Below, one piece after another: positions 1 through 10,189 of a DNA stretch of 64,000 nt. The notes beneath the pieces were generated by a model. It was not told the DNA's origin, searched no databases, and was given only the letters and a program-made list of their open reading frames with translations. Origin of the DNA: Thermoplasmatota archaeon (lineage in GTDB: Archaea > Thermoplasmatota > Thermoplasmata > Lutacidiplasmatales > JAMCUS01); the NCBI GenBank assembly GCA_023379385.1, contig JAMCUS010000032.1, positions 14,243 to 78,242 on the forward strand, written 5' to 3'. The position numbers and the translations under genes were made by a program. Each line of letters starts with the position of its first letter. Position 1 is the first letter of the stretch.

Positions 1-331
1 CAGACACAATACCCGCTGTTATGTATCTACCACCATCATAAGAGAAATATTTTGGAACTGGAAGATCGGATAAAGATAGATTGGTTTTTTTGTATGGTGA
101 CGAAACAAATAGAGTTGGCTGGAGTGGCGTTTCAATTGCTCTCAGAATAGGAGCAGAAAGATTGCTGATATCTGTATTGAGTTCTTTAGCAATGATGACT
201 CTATCGCACCATATGTTGCCAATTACTGGTATGTCTTCGCTCTCAAAAAGTATGGTCTTATTCTGCATGGCGTGTTGCTCCTTTGACACGAAAAGTGGAT
301 CTTTTAAATTTACAGATTTTTTCAATGGCAT
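1..331 (-). CDS. UbiD-family decarboxylase, N-terminal part (gene continues past the window start)
   Basis: Minus-strand ORF running off the left edge. Translation MPLKKSVNLKDPLFVSKEQH...PVPKYFSYDGGRYITAGIVS contains the DGG-YITAG motif typical of UbiD/PAD1-type decarboxylases. Confidence 0.45.
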   Translation of the reverse strand, partial: MPLKKSVNLKDPLFVSKEQHAMQNKTILFESEDIPVIGNIWCDRVIIAKELNTDISNLSAPILRAIETPLQPTLFVSSPYKKTNLSLSDLPVPKYFSYDGGRYITAGIVS

Positions 332-390
332 TCTCTTTTCTAAAATATAATCATATAGCATGGTACATCTCCATTGTGTCTAATAATTTA

Positions 391-1365
391 TTATTTTCCG
401 TTAAATTTATTTTTATCAATAACCTTTTCAAGAATTTTCTGTGATGCAGTATATGGATCTATGTTTTTATTATATACTTCAGTCATAAGCTCTTTTGTCT
501 CTGGGTCATGCTCCATCATGTATCTCATTCTATTCATAAATTCATCATAGATTATACCTTCCATTTCATACTGTAAAACCCGTTCATTACGTTTGGGTAT
601 GCCCTTACTTGCAGATAGATTCTTTTTGTGTTGATATATCGCATCTACCAGCTCCTTTATACCCATCTTCTTCAATGCAGAGGTACCAATAACAACAGGC
701 ATCCATTCTTTATACGGGTATTTGGCTATAGAGATCATATTTTCGAGATATGCTATGGCTTCATCTGCGCCTTCAATATCAATTTTATTGATAATAAAAA
801 TATCACCTATCTCTAACATACCTGCCTTAAGTGTTTGAATATCATCACCCAAATTTGGAGAAAGTACAACAGCAACCGTTTCTGCTACATTTATTATGTC
901 CACGTCTGCCTGTCCGGTTCCAACAGTTTCCACAATAATGACATCCATTTGAAAACCCTCCATTAAACGGATTATATTCCTTGTTGTTGTCGCAATACCA
1001 CCAATACCACCTCTGGTAGCCATGCTTCTTATGAATACGTTTTTGTTGAGTTCTAAATCGTTCATTCTTATGCGATCTCCAAGTATGGCTCCACCTGAGA
1101 ATGGGCTTGTTGGATCTATAGCAATAATTCCTACATATTTCCCCTGGGAGACAAATTCTTGTGCAAGCTCGGCTATAAGAGTGCTCTTGCCCACACCAGG
1201 TGGTCCCGTTATGCCTATTACATGGGATTTTCCCGTATTTTTATATATATCTTTTAATATATCTAAATACCCATCCTCTCTATTTTCAATTATAGATATT
1301 GCCTTTGATAATGCATATCTGTCTCTATAAAATATTTTTTTAACAATATCCACATTACTCAACAC
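391..1365 (-). CDS. meaB: Methylmalonyl-CoA mutase-associated G-protein chaperone MeaB/ArgK
   Basis: Walker A GITGPPGVGKST, NKID G4 motif, ~320 aa, and adjacent to the mutase B12-binding subunit. Confidence 0.85.
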   Translation of the reverse strand: MLSNVDIVKKIFYRDRYALSKAISIIENREDGYLDILKDIYKNTGKSHVIGITGPPGVGKSTLIAELAQEFVSQGKYVGIIAIDPTSPFSGGAILGDRIRMNDLELNKNVFIRSMATRGGIGGIATTTRNIIRLMEGFQMDVIIVETVGTGQADVDIINVAETVAVVLSPNLGDDIQTLKAGMLEIGDIFIINKIDIEGADEAIAYLENMISIAKYPYKEWMPVVIGTSALKKMGIKELVDAIYQHKKNLSASKGIPKRNERVLQYEMEGIIYDEFMNRMRYMMEHDPETKELMTEVYNKNIDPYTASQKILEKVIDKNKFNGK

Positions 1366-1428
1366 TCCAGTTTAACATAAATTTTTTGATGAAACATTTC
1401 GGAATAAACTATATCATTTCTGCCTACT

Positions 1429-1839
1429 CTAACTTCTCTTTAAATGCTTGATAATTGCGTCTCTTATGACATCCAAAGATGTGCCAGGTCCAAATACCTC
1501 AATAACACCCATTTTTTTAAGTATTTCTGCATCACTGTCCGGTATTATACCACCGACATATACAAGAATGTTCTCTCCACCTCTTTCTTTCAATAATCTC
1601 AAAATTTCTGGAACCAGTGTCATGTGTGCTCCTGACAAAATACTGATACCTACGGTATCTACATCTTCTTCAATAGCAACTGTTACTATCTGGTCAGGTG
1701 TCTGTCTTAAACCTGTATATATTACCTCCATGCCAGCATCTCTTAAACCTCTTGCTACAACCTTTGCGCCTCTATCATGCCCATCCAGACCAGGTTTAGC
1801 AATCAATACTCTTATAGGTCTTATTCTCTGGTTTCCCAT
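1429..1839 (-). CDS. Methylmalonyl-CoA mutase small (B12-binding) subunit
   Basis: B12-binding DxHxxG signature in [26 protein letters not shown]; 136 aa; operon partner of MeaB. Confidence 0.85.
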   Translation of the reverse strand: MGNQRIRPIRVLIAKPGLDGHDRGAKVVARGLRDAGMEVIYTGLRQTPDQIVTVAIEEDVDTVGISILSGAHMTLVPEILRLLKERGGENILVYVGGIIPDSDAEILKKMGVIEVFGPGTSLDVIRDAIIKHLKRS

Positions 1840-2051
1840 TTATACACCTTACTCATAATTACATGTGCTGTAATATGCATATTTTATCAATTAATAATTT
1901 TTTCTATCATTTATAACATATAATATATAAGTCATATTATAAATACTTATTATTGCTCTATCGTATCAATAATATCTGCGTCTCCACTAAAGCAACGGAG
2001 TTTTATCTTTTATCGCAAGAAGACACCTTCCGTAAGGCGGGGTAGTTCACT

Positions 2052-3041
2052 CTATTTTTCAAGCTGTACAAAATATCTAGTCAATGACCTGTGAACTCGT
2101 GAAGGAAATACATTATTAACCTTCAGATAGTCCTTTGCTAAATCTATTAAACCTTCATTTGGGAATATGAATGATACCTTTTTGCCTTTAGATATAGTAT
2201 CAGCCATAGCTGAAAGTGTTTTTCTGTATAATAGCTCCAGAGCAATGTGATTGAGAGTAGAAGATCTACCATAGGGGGGATCTGTTGCTATACCATTAAT
2301 AGATCTCTTTATTTCGTTGCATCGCATTGCGTCATGTTGAGTGATATCGATCATGTCTGATACGTTATTATAATTGATATTGGCAATTGATTCTTTTATT
2401 CTTCTGAGATCTATGTCTATACCAATTCCCTTTATTCCCATTAATGCGGCCTCAATCAATAACCTCCCAGTACCTGCAAACACATCAAGAACTGTGTCAC
2501 CTTCCTTTATCATAGACAGGTTTATAAGCAGTTTATTCAGTCTGTATGGCAGAACAACCGGGGCATCTATTATATACCTGCCGTGTATATTCGCGTTTTT
2601 GAATTTATAACTGCTTATAACACAGTATGCAATATATTCATTATTTCGCTTTATAATTCTGAAGATAGGTCTATCATGCAAGTATTGCTCTCTTATTGAT
2701 GAAGCCATGTTAAAATTATTTCTGGACCATTCACTAATTCCACCTTCCTCCCATACAGTTATATCTTTATTAAAAAGTGCTTTATTTGTATCATTCATAT
2801 CCTTTGCTAAATACCCTATCTCAAAGCATAGTCCTGATCTAATGAATATTTTTTTTATTAATTCTTTAGAAACATTGGACCTGAAAAAAAGGTAATGCCT
2901 GAATCTATCAAAAGGATTAAAAGTAACCCCATAGGTGGAAAAAAGTGATGAAAGCTCGTATTCTGCAAGAGCTGGCAGATCACCAGCTAGTCTGACATAA
3001 AAAAATTCAGAATCTATGTCTTGCTTTGATACGTTCCTCAC
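2052..3041 (-). CDS. tRNA (guanine-N2)-methyltransferase, Trm11/Trm-G10-like SAM-dependent methyltransferase
   Basis: SAM-binding VLDVFAGTGRLLIEAALMG and catalytic DPPYG motif; the length and N-terminal region are consistent with archaeal THUMP-domain Trm11. The true start is probably an internal Met, since the first 35 nt overlap the next ORF. Confidence 0.7.
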   Translation of the reverse strand: MRNVSKQDIDSEFFYVRLAGDLPALAEYELSSLFSTYGVTFNPFDRFRHYLFFRSNVSKELIKKIFIRSGLCFEIGYLAKDMNDTNKALFNKDITVWEEGGISEWSRNNFNMASSIREQYLHDRPIFRIIKRNNEYIAYCVISSYKFKNANIHGRYIIDAPVVLPYRLNKLLINLSMIKEGDTVLDVFAGTGRLLIEAALMGIKGIGIDIDLRRIKESIANINYNNVSDMIDITQHDAMRCNEIKRSINGIATDPPYGRSSTLNHIALELLYRKTLSAMADTISKGKKVSFIFPNEGLIDLAKDYLKVNNVFPSRVHRSLTRYFVQLEK

Positions 3042-3420
3042 TTTTATCAGTCATCCTGAGTGCCCATGCACCGCTTATTAAAAACAGAAGCAGTAGTATG
3101 CTTATTAAAATAATATATATAAATTTTGTTCCAGAGGATATTCCTTTCATAAGCAACGTTCCTAAATATAAAAATGCAATGCCTAAAACAAAGAAAAGAA
3201 CAGTACCACTTTTGGATATATCCCCATAATCTGTAAAAGCAAATGTGAAATAGAAAATTACTGCAAACACTAACGCTACAAATCCATTAATAACAAGCGC
3301 CATAGGGGTGTTGGCGGGATACGCATATAAAAAAATGTACGCAAAAATGGCAACAAGTATAAAAATTATGACTCCTAAAATGAGATAACCCATTTCAGAA
3401 ATTTTCTTCCGTTCTACCAT
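3007..3420 (-). CDS. Small integral membrane protein (4 predicted TM helices)
   Basis: 137-aa ORF dominated by hydrophobic helices; no recognisable motif. Confidence 0.45.
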   Translation of the reverse strand: MVERKKISEMGYLILGVIIFILVAIFAYIFLYAYPANTPMALVINGFVALVFAVIFYFTFAFTDYGDISKSGTVLFFVLGIAFLYLGTLLMKGISSGTKFIYIILISILLLLFLISGAWALRMTDKSEERIKARHRF

Positions 3421-3590
3421 GGTGTTAGATTGTTTACGCTGTATTTATATTTATTTTTATAAAAGACAATACATATAACAACATAAATATATTCAATAGC
3501 AGATCCCAGGTGACGCCATTATAAAAAATAGTTTTATTAAAATCAAAACATATATCAATCCATCCAATTCTATGATAGGAATAAGACAGT

Positions 3591-4976
3591 TTAGAAATGG
3601 AGCTGTTCAGATACCATTTTATCTGCAATTTCCATGAACTTTTTTAAATGTTCAGATTTTATATTGGCTCCTGAAGCTATAACATGCCCCCCCCCTTTTC
3701 CACCTACCATCTCTGCAGCCGTTTTACACACCTCTGTAAGATTAAGGCCATGTTCAATCATGTATCTTGTACCTCTGGAGGATACCTTTACGTTTCCATT
3801 ACCATCTACTGAATATCCAAATAATGGTTTTCTGGAATCAGTTATATAGTTAACGGATATTCCCGATACAGCTCCCGCTATGGAGGGTTGCTCAACACTG
3901 AAATAACTTATTGATTTAAGTGAGGTATAGTTACCTGATTCAATTTTAAGCAATTCTTTAATGACTTTTTGATGAAAATTATTTTGAAGATTCTGAAGAT
4001 CAGAAATCTGGGATTTATCACCCATGGCGTACAGTACACCCAGTGATTCAGCACCCTCTCTCCCACACGCGTTCATATATGAGGATAGAAGGAGACTGTT
4101 CTCAATATCTCCTTTGAGTATGTATCTGGGTGCAACAGCATCAATAGCTATTTCCGGTCTTACGCCATGATTTAACAGATACTGAACAATGTAGGAATTC
4201 AGCTTTTCTACAAGTTTACTGTTATTATCATACAGATCAAGGTAACTACTTTTATCATCTATTTTTAATGTATTGAGCAGATTCGAGACGCCTTCATCTC
4301 TGCCTGTGATACCTACAAGATATGGTTCTGTAGATTCTCTTATCTCTTCTGCAATAGGTTTACCGTAATATGGCAAGCCAACCCTTACGGTTATTAGATT
4401 TCTTTTAACAGCTTCTTCAACGAGTATTTTATTCAATCCATTATAGCCGCCTGTATGCTGTCTATCTGCGATCGTTCCAGCAAGAAAGAAAGGTATTGAA
4501 TTCCACGATTCTTCATCATACAGTATTGTGAACAGAAAGGATATTGTAGTTCCACATGCCTCACGGGTTCCATCCATGCCATAGTTTACAGGATTTAGAT
4601 TTATTAGATCGTCGTCATCTCCTACCACTGGGTGATGATCCATTAGTATTGTATTATGTTTATTTTTAATAAGATCAATGGCAGAGCTTCCTATGTCTAA
4701 TAAAAGTAGAGTTGATCCATCAGTTGGTAGCATATTGACAAAGTTGCTATCTACACCTTTTACAAAAGATAGATGAAATCTTTTTTTTTTCATTTGAAAT
4801 AACCTAACAACAATAGACGCGGCAGAGACGCCATCCCCGTCGTAATGTGCTATTATACGTATATTGTTACTATTTTTTACCAGTTCTATACCTCTATTGA
4901 ATGCATCAATATATCTATCTATTAACATGCCATTGATAAAAGCTGGAATATTCACGTTCTTATTCTTGTTAACCAT
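3591..4976 (-). CDS. DHH/DHHA1 phosphoesterase, archaeal RecJ-like exonuclease
   Basis: DHH motifs (AHYDGDGVSAAS, ILMDHHPV) and the C-terminal DHHA1 GGGH motif (GGKGGGHVIASGA); 461 aa. Confidence 0.8.
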   Translation of the reverse strand: MVNKNKNVNIPAFINGMLIDRYIDAFNRGIELVKNSNNIRIIAHYDGDGVSAASIVVRLFQMKKKRFHLSFVKGVDSNFVNMLPTDGSTLLLLDIGSSAIDLIKNKHNTILMDHHPVVGDDDDLINLNPVNYGMDGTREACGTTISFLFTILYDEESWNSIPFFLAGTIADRQHTGGYNGLNKILVEEAVKRNLITVRVGLPYYGKPIAEEIRESTEPYLVGITGRDEGVSNLLNTLKIDDKSSYLDLYDNNSKLVEKLNSYIVQYLLNHGVRPEIAIDAVAPRYILKGDIENSLLLSSYMNACGREGAESLGVLYAMGDKSQISDLQNLQNNFHQKVIKELLKIESGNYTSLKSISYFSVEQPSIAGAVSGISVNYITDSRKPLFGYSVDGNGNVKVSSRGTRYMIEHGLNLTEVCKTAAEMVGGKGGGHVIASGANIKSEHLKKFMEIADKMVSEQLHF

Positions 4977-5084
4977 GCTAACACCTATCTCCGGAAGTTA
5001 TCATCCTGTCTAACATAGACGTTTAAACTTCATGTGTACAACTCTAAATCTACTATATCCTCTATCCAAAATTGTTTGATCCTT

Positions 5085-5610
5085 TTAAATTTCATACCTT
5101 AAATACCCTTCCGAATCAGGCTTCATATTGCCTGTTTTCGATGTAACAACAGAATCTCTACCAAATTTCTGGAACATATGTTTGAATAATTCAAATTTCG
5201 CCTTACTCAATTCATCTTTATATGCAAAAACAACTTTGTCTACATTATAATCAAGAAGTTCATCAACCATTTCAAAAAACCCCTTTTCTGTTTTCAAATG
5301 ATATGCCTGTTGCATTACCTAAATATTTTCCATTGATTATTGTGTATCCACTCGTGAAGCACCACTGCTTGAACTGTTCAATCTGATTATTAATATCACT
5401 CTTCTGCTTTGCTGTTAATGCCATTGCATAAAGCATTATCTTTCTTTTTATATTTCTGTTAAAAAGTTTGTAGACATCCTCATCATTGTAACAGTAATGA
5501 CCATTAGACATAACTGTAAATCTAATCTTACTATTATATATATAGACCTGAAATGTTTTTCTGGTAATCCCTAAAAGGTTCATGACCTCATTTGCTTTCA
5601 TAGTTAACAT
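5085..5610 (-). pseudogene. Degenerate IS607-family tnpA (MerR-HTH serine recombinase) remnant: frameshifted, catalytic Ser replaced
   Basis: Two overlapping ORFs (5272-5610 and 5085-5315) align in series to the intact IS607 TnpA at 37771-38343. The N-terminal HTH MKANEVMNLLGITRKTFQVYIYNSKIRF matches MKLSTWAKKLGISYKTAWRLWKDGKIDAF. The recombinase motif YARVSS reads AMALT here, so the nucleophilic Ser is lost, and a frameshift precedes the C-terminal half. Confidence 0.55.
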
Positions 5611-5655
5611 CCTTGTAAATTATATCTCTATAATAACGGTTATTATTTTTATAAA

Positions 5656-6105
5656 TCATATAACTGGTGGTGTATAAACCCATTTGCTATCTATGATTTC
5701 AAGTCTTTTGTAATACTTAACCAATCTTCTAATTTTTGAATTGATTAAATCAAAACCTCTTTTATTGGATTTATCGTATTTATGTTTTCTTAAATGTGAC
5801 GCAAGAGATTTATGTTTTGCAATAAGATTTGCAAGATCCTCAGGAATATCTATTCTTATATTATTTTTCTTTAGTATTAATTTTATGCTATTACCAGTAG
5901 CAAGTTTAACACTTGGAACTCCATATTGATCCCTCAAAATTGTGCCAATTTTTGATGGTGTGTTACCTTTTTTGTATTCTTCAGTTATGTATTTCTCAAT
6001 TTCTTCGTTACCCATTTTAACCCATGCCGGATTCACTGTATAACGTGATTTATGGGATCCTGCTTTACCTCTTTTACTGTTATGCATTCTTGACAACCAA
6101 ATCAT
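5656..6105 (-). CDS. rps15: 30S ribosomal protein S15 (uS15, archaeal S15P/S13e)
   Basis: MHNSKRGKAGSHKSRYTVNPAWV...GNTPSKIGTILRDQYGVP is the conserved S15P/S13e N-terminus; the true start is probably Met-7 (coordinate 6087). Confidence 0.85.
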   Translation of the reverse strand: MIWLSRMHNSKRGKAGSHKSRYTVNPAWVKMGNEEIEKYITEEYKKGNTPSKIGTILRDQYGVPSVKLATGNSIKLILKKNNIRIDIPEDLANLIAKHKSLASHLRKHKYDKSNKRGFDLINSKIRRLVKYYKRLEIIDSKWVYTPPVI

Positions 6106-6390
6106 CCTCCTCTTGTATATCTACATTACATCCCAAAATTTGTTTATAAACTTTTTGGATAGTTATAACTCTAATATTCATCACATATATAATAATTTTT
6201 TAGGCATTCTTATTGACTACGCGTATTTTATCTGAGGTGTTACGACCATTTGGATACTGAGTAATGATATCACCTGCCACAAAAAAACGCTTGCACGTAT
6301 ACACATATCACTGACATGGATATATAGTTGCCGACACATCATAAACCCCATATTATATGAGCCATGCCGATAAAGTTAACACCCATAACA

Positions 6391-6795
6391 TTACTTACTA
6401 GCATTGTTTACCATTTCAATTAAATCAGTTTCAACCTGTTCTAATTCTTTTTTATCTATTTCATTAAATAATTCAGAGATTATCGTTGGCTTCATTCCAG
6501 CTATTAACACTTTTTCAGTTCTGTTTATGACATTTATTTTACACGGCATACAGAGTGATATTAACCTATTTTTATTCAAAAGTTGATTTGCATATTTCGC
6601 TGAACAAATTTCTATTATTTTCAATTGATCCTGTTTGAAGCCCTTTGCCAATAGACGCTCTTTTACGTCATAAATCTGGAATAATGCCCATCCCTTTTGT
6701 TCTACCACTTTCAAAACAGATACAACAGCGTCATCAAAGTTTTTGTCAGTTTCAACGGCATAAACAAAATCATCTACATTCATATTTTCACCCAT
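6391..6795 (-). CDS. DUF302 domain protein
   Basis: 134 aa; the pattern VVEQKGWALFQIYDVKE...LCMPCKINV resembles the DUF302 family. Confidence 0.55.
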   Translation of the reverse strand: MGENMNVDDFVYAVETDKNFDDAVVSVLKVVEQKGWALFQIYDVKERLLAKGFKQDQLKIIEICSAKYANQLLNKNRLISLCMPCKINVINRTEKVLIAGMKPTIISELFNEIDKKELEQVETDLIEMVNNASK

Positions 6796-6891
6796 GTTAC
6801 AGTATCAAAATTTTACTATAAAATTTTATAATATTTATGTATTGCTCAATAAGAAGCATGTTTTTATATTTTATAAGAGATAACAACATTA

Positions 6892-7410
6892 ATGACTAAA
6901 GAAGGAAAAAAAATGGAATATATAAAATACATAAAAATAGTTGTTGTTATTATGGTAGTTCTTATAATCATAACACCACTTGCTACAAAAACTACAAAAA
7001 CAGCTTTGCCTGTAATATTTATAGAACCCTCTATATCTATGAATGTAAACAACAGTTCTGTACAGATACTGGTGACAGGTATAACCCCATCAGTCTACTC
7101 AACAATATCAATATTGATAGGTACCAAAAGTGGTATATGGACGTTTAATGAAACAAGAAATGAATCAATATACGATGCATTTCATACCAATTTATCATCA
7201 TTTTATCTGAATGTTACATGCATAAGCAGTGGTAGTAGCACTAATTATAAAACAGTAGAGTTTACAGCACAGTACCATATAAATATAATTAGTAGATATA
7301 ATCCGGTTAACATAATGGTAACTCAACCACCTGCATTGGGTAGCAGTACCTTGCAGATTAAATCAAATACATTCAAACTTGCTTTAATTGAGGTAGGAGG
7401 ATCGATTTAA
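6892..7410 (+). CDS. Membrane-anchored secreted protein (N-terminal TM/signal anchor, Thr/Ser-rich ectodomain)
   Basis: N-terminal hydrophobic segment IKIVVVIMVVLIIITPLA, then a polar region with many N-x-S/T sites. Confidence 0.4.
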   Translation: MTKEGKKMEYIKYIKIVVVIMVVLIIITPLATKTTKTALPVIFIEPSISMNVNNSSVQILVTGITPSVYSTISILIGTKSGIWTFNETRNESIYDAFHTNLSSFYLNVTCISSGSSTNYKTVEFTAQYHINIISRYNPVNIMVTQPPALGSSTLQIKSNTFKLALIEVGGSI

Positions 7411-7721
7411 TGAAAATAAACAGTTCGCTTTTTGTCTGGATAGGTATTCTTGTAGTACTGATAATTGCAGAAATACTGGAGATTGCTGGTGTTATTTCGT
7501 ATCAGTTTATCGTAGGTAATATATTCTTTTTTGTATTTGCAGTTGTTATAATTGCCTTTCTTGCGATCATAGGTGCCATGTTTGTTGGTGTTTTATTATC
7601 AAAGAAATTATATACAGATAATAATTTTACACCGTTTGAGGTTGAAATGCTGAAAATGAAAGAGGATATAGCAGAACTTAAAACAATGATTAAGGAATCT
7701 AAAGGAGGAAAAAATGAGTAG
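7410..7721 (+). CDS. Small membrane protein (2-3 TM helices, charged C-terminal tail)
   Basis: Start overlaps the stop of the upstream ORF (ATGA), and its own stop overlaps guaA-A; translationally coupled. Confidence 0.4.
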   Translation: MKINSSLFVWIGILVVLIIAEILEIAGVISYQFIVGNIFFFVFAVVIIAFLAIIGAMFVGVLLSKKLYTDNNFTPFEVEMLKMKEDIAELKTMIKESKGGKNE

Positions 7722-8280
7722 GATCATTGTTGTTGATAATGGTGGTCAATGGACTCATAGAGAATGGCGTGTCCTTAAAGAGATGGGTGTAGAAACAGAA
7801 ATTATAAAAAACAATACACCTGTAAACTCCATAAAGGCAGATGGGATTGTCTTATCTGGTGGTACTGCAAATTTTTCATATGACGAACGAATGCTTGGAT
7901 CTGTATCTGAATATTTAGATCAGTTATCCATACCAATTTTAGGTATATGTGTAGGACATCAATTTATGTCCATTCATCTTGGTGGTGAAGTAAAAAGAGC
8001 TATTAAACCAGAGTTTGGAAAGGTAATTATAGAATTAAAATCGGATTCTGAACTTTTTAAGAACATACCAAAAAAGTTCGTTGCGTGGGCATCACACAAT
8101 GATGAGGTAACCTCTTTACCGCCTTCTTTTATATTAACAGCTTCATCTGATAACTGTCTTGTCGAAGCTATGGAAGATGGATCCAAGTCGCTATATGGTG
8201 TTCAGTTCCATCCAGAGGTTGAACATACTGAATATGGTAGAAAAATATTCAGTAATTTTGTTGATATATGTAAGAAATGA
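7714..8280 (+). CDS. guaA: GMP synthase [glutamine-hydrolysing] subunit A (class I glutamine amidotransferase)
   Basis: Catalytic triad context GICVGHQ, then HPE; 188 aa, typical of the archaeal split GuaA-A. Confidence 0.85.
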   Translation: MSRIIVVDNGGQWTHREWRVLKEMGVETEIIKNNTPVNSIKADGIVLSGGTANFSYDERMLGSVSEYLDQLSIPILGICVGHQFMSIHLGGEVKRAIKPEFGKVIIELKSDSELFKNIPKKFVAWASHNDEVTSLPPSFILTASSDNCLVEAMEDGSKSLYGVQFHPEVEHTEYGRKIFSNFVDICKK

Positions 8281-8328
8281 ACGGGATAGCAAAGATATTA
8301 TAAAATAATATGTATGTGTGGGTAACTT

Positions 8329-9219
8329 ATGTATGTGTATAGAGATATTCCCTCTTTTATAGCGTTTGGTGTATCATTTATCATGCTATTATACGGTTCG
8401 TATATAGACTGGAAATTCAGAGAAATAGATAATTGGCCATGGGTTGTAATGGCCTTAACAGGTGTGTTTATAATTATTTATATTGATGGAAATACAATAG
8501 TTGAACTTTCACATATACTTCCATTTATCGCTGCCTTATTATCTCTGTTTGGACCTATTATTGATTGGGATGAAATTATAAAAATGGATGATCTGTATTA
8601 TATTCTTATAGATTACGGTAGCTATGTGATTTCTGCTATACTATTTTTACTAACTTATATATTTTTAGGCTTAAATAATTTTTTTATAACCATGCTTATA
8701 GTTTATATGATGTACGTTTTTATAAGGGTTTTGTATGAATTATCTGTGATACATGGCGGTGCTGATGCTAAAGCCCTTATGTCTATATCGTTTTTATTTT
8801 TTAATGGGTTTTCGTTGCCAGTAATTCCATTAATAAAGTATAACACAGTATTTCCTTTCTCATTTCAGGTTTTATTTGATGCCGTACTAATTTCACTATT
8901 CCTACCGGTATACTTTTTTATAATAAATATAAAAAACAGAAATATATCAATTCCATACATGCTATTTGGATACAAAATGTCATTACCAGAAGCCAAGAAA
9001 AAATATGTATGGCTTATGGAATTGCCAGGCAACAGAATGATTCTATTTCCAGGTAAGCTGGATGACGAGGTAATCAAACATGCATTTGATGGTCTTGAAC
9101 GTGAAAAAAAAGAAAATGTATGGGTCACGCCGCAGCTTCCGTTCATTATTTTCATTTTTGTTGGATATATTATTCAGACAATCTTCTTTAGTCCATTAGC
9201 ATTAATATTTTATCATTAA
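8329..9219 (+). CDS. A24-family aspartic peptidase, archaeal preflagellin/prepilin peptidase (FlaK/PibD-like)
   Basis: Polytopic membrane protein with the two catalytic Asp contexts YIDWKF and HGGADAKAL. Confidence 0.65.
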   Translation: MYVYRDIPSFIAFGVSFIMLLYGSYIDWKFREIDNWPWVVMALTGVFIIIYIDGNTIVELSHILPFIAALLSLFGPIIDWDEIIKMDDLYYILIDYGSYVISAILFLLTYIFLGLNNFFITMLIVYMMYVFIRVLYELSVIHGGADAKALMSISFLFFNGFSLPVIPLIKYNTVFPFSFQVLFDAVLISLFLPVYFFIINIKNRNISIPYMLFGYKMSLPEAKKKYVWLMELPGNRMILFPGKLDDEVIKHAFDGLEREKKENVWVTPQLPFIIFIFVGYIIQTIFFSPLALIFYH

Positions 9220-9410
9220 ATCAGATTTGTACATAACCTGTAGAATTGTTATTATAATTGATAATTTTCGGTAGTTACCGTTGGATACGTATGAGTGAAA
9301 ACGTAACACTGCACAGCATCTGTGACATAAAGTGGGATAGATGGCAAGCATGCGCAGTCATCCAGTTATTACATTGTTTAAATTACATTGAATTATATCA
9401 TCAACGAATT

Positions 9411-10037
9411 TCATTGAAGATCAATTGCTCCGCTCATAGACGTTAAACCACTTATTGGATGAACCTGAAGAGAATAACCATAAAAGTTTGATTGAGGTGG
9501 TGATTGAGTGTTGCTAAACCATACGATAGTTAACCATCCGCCTGCCTGAAGGGTTGTCATTCCATCCGGTGCTGTAGAGAAACAAACCGAAGGTTTATCT
9601 ACCGGTAACGTAACTGGGCATCCACTATATTGCCATGTACCAGGACCTGCGGTGTCAACACCACCTATATTGTATTGCCCCATATATTTACCAGTAGTAT
9701 TGAAATAATTAACGATAAAATAACCACCACCTGTAGGATTAGGAAATGGTATTCCTTGAGCATTAACAACAGAAAAACCCACATCCTGAATATGTATTGG
9801 GGCAGAGATAGTCATGATTGATACGTTCTCAATAATATATGTACTGGATGATGCCGCAGAGGTAGTACTGTAAAAAACAACATTTGCTGGAAGATATCTA
9901 GGTGCTTTAACAAGTCCTATAACCATTGTGTAAAGTATTCCAGCAAGTACGACTGTGATTGCAACCATAAGTACCGTTGCAATTACGGTGGAAACAGCTA
10001 CATCCCTTTTCTTTGAAATATTGGAATGTGTATACAT
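9411..10037 (-). CDS. Pilin-like surface protein with N-terminal class-III-like signal/anchor
   Basis: N-terminus SKKRDVAVSTVIATVLMVAITVVLAG (basic patch plus hydrophobic helix), then a Thr/Ser/Gly-rich beta-type domain; convergent with the prepilin peptidase. Confidence 0.4.
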   Translation of the reverse strand: MYTHSNISKKRDVAVSTVIATVLMVAITVVLAGILYTMVIGLVKAPRYLPANVVFYSTTSAASSSTYIIENVSIMTISAPIHIQDVGFSVVNAQGIPFPNPTGGGYFIVNYFNTTGKYMGQYNIGGVDTAGPGTWQYSGCPVTLPVDKPSVCFSTAPDGMTTLQAGGWLTIVWFSNTQSPPQSNFYGYSLQVHPISGLTSMSGAIDLQ

Positions 10038-10189
10038 AGATTATTAATATTAAAAAGGATGTTATTAAATGTTTTGCTATCTCCGGCTTTGAGACAAAAT
10101 TATTAAACATATATTAATTTAACTTTATAAGCTTGATTTCAAGTAATATTTATATGCTACTTTAACACAATATAATTAAAGGAGCATGC

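Noticed and set aside
1448-1858. 136-aa plus-strand ORF exactly antisense to the mutase B12-binding subunit gene
   Set aside because: It is the mirror ORF of a well-supported minus-strand gene, with no motifs and Ser/Pro/Ile-rich composition.
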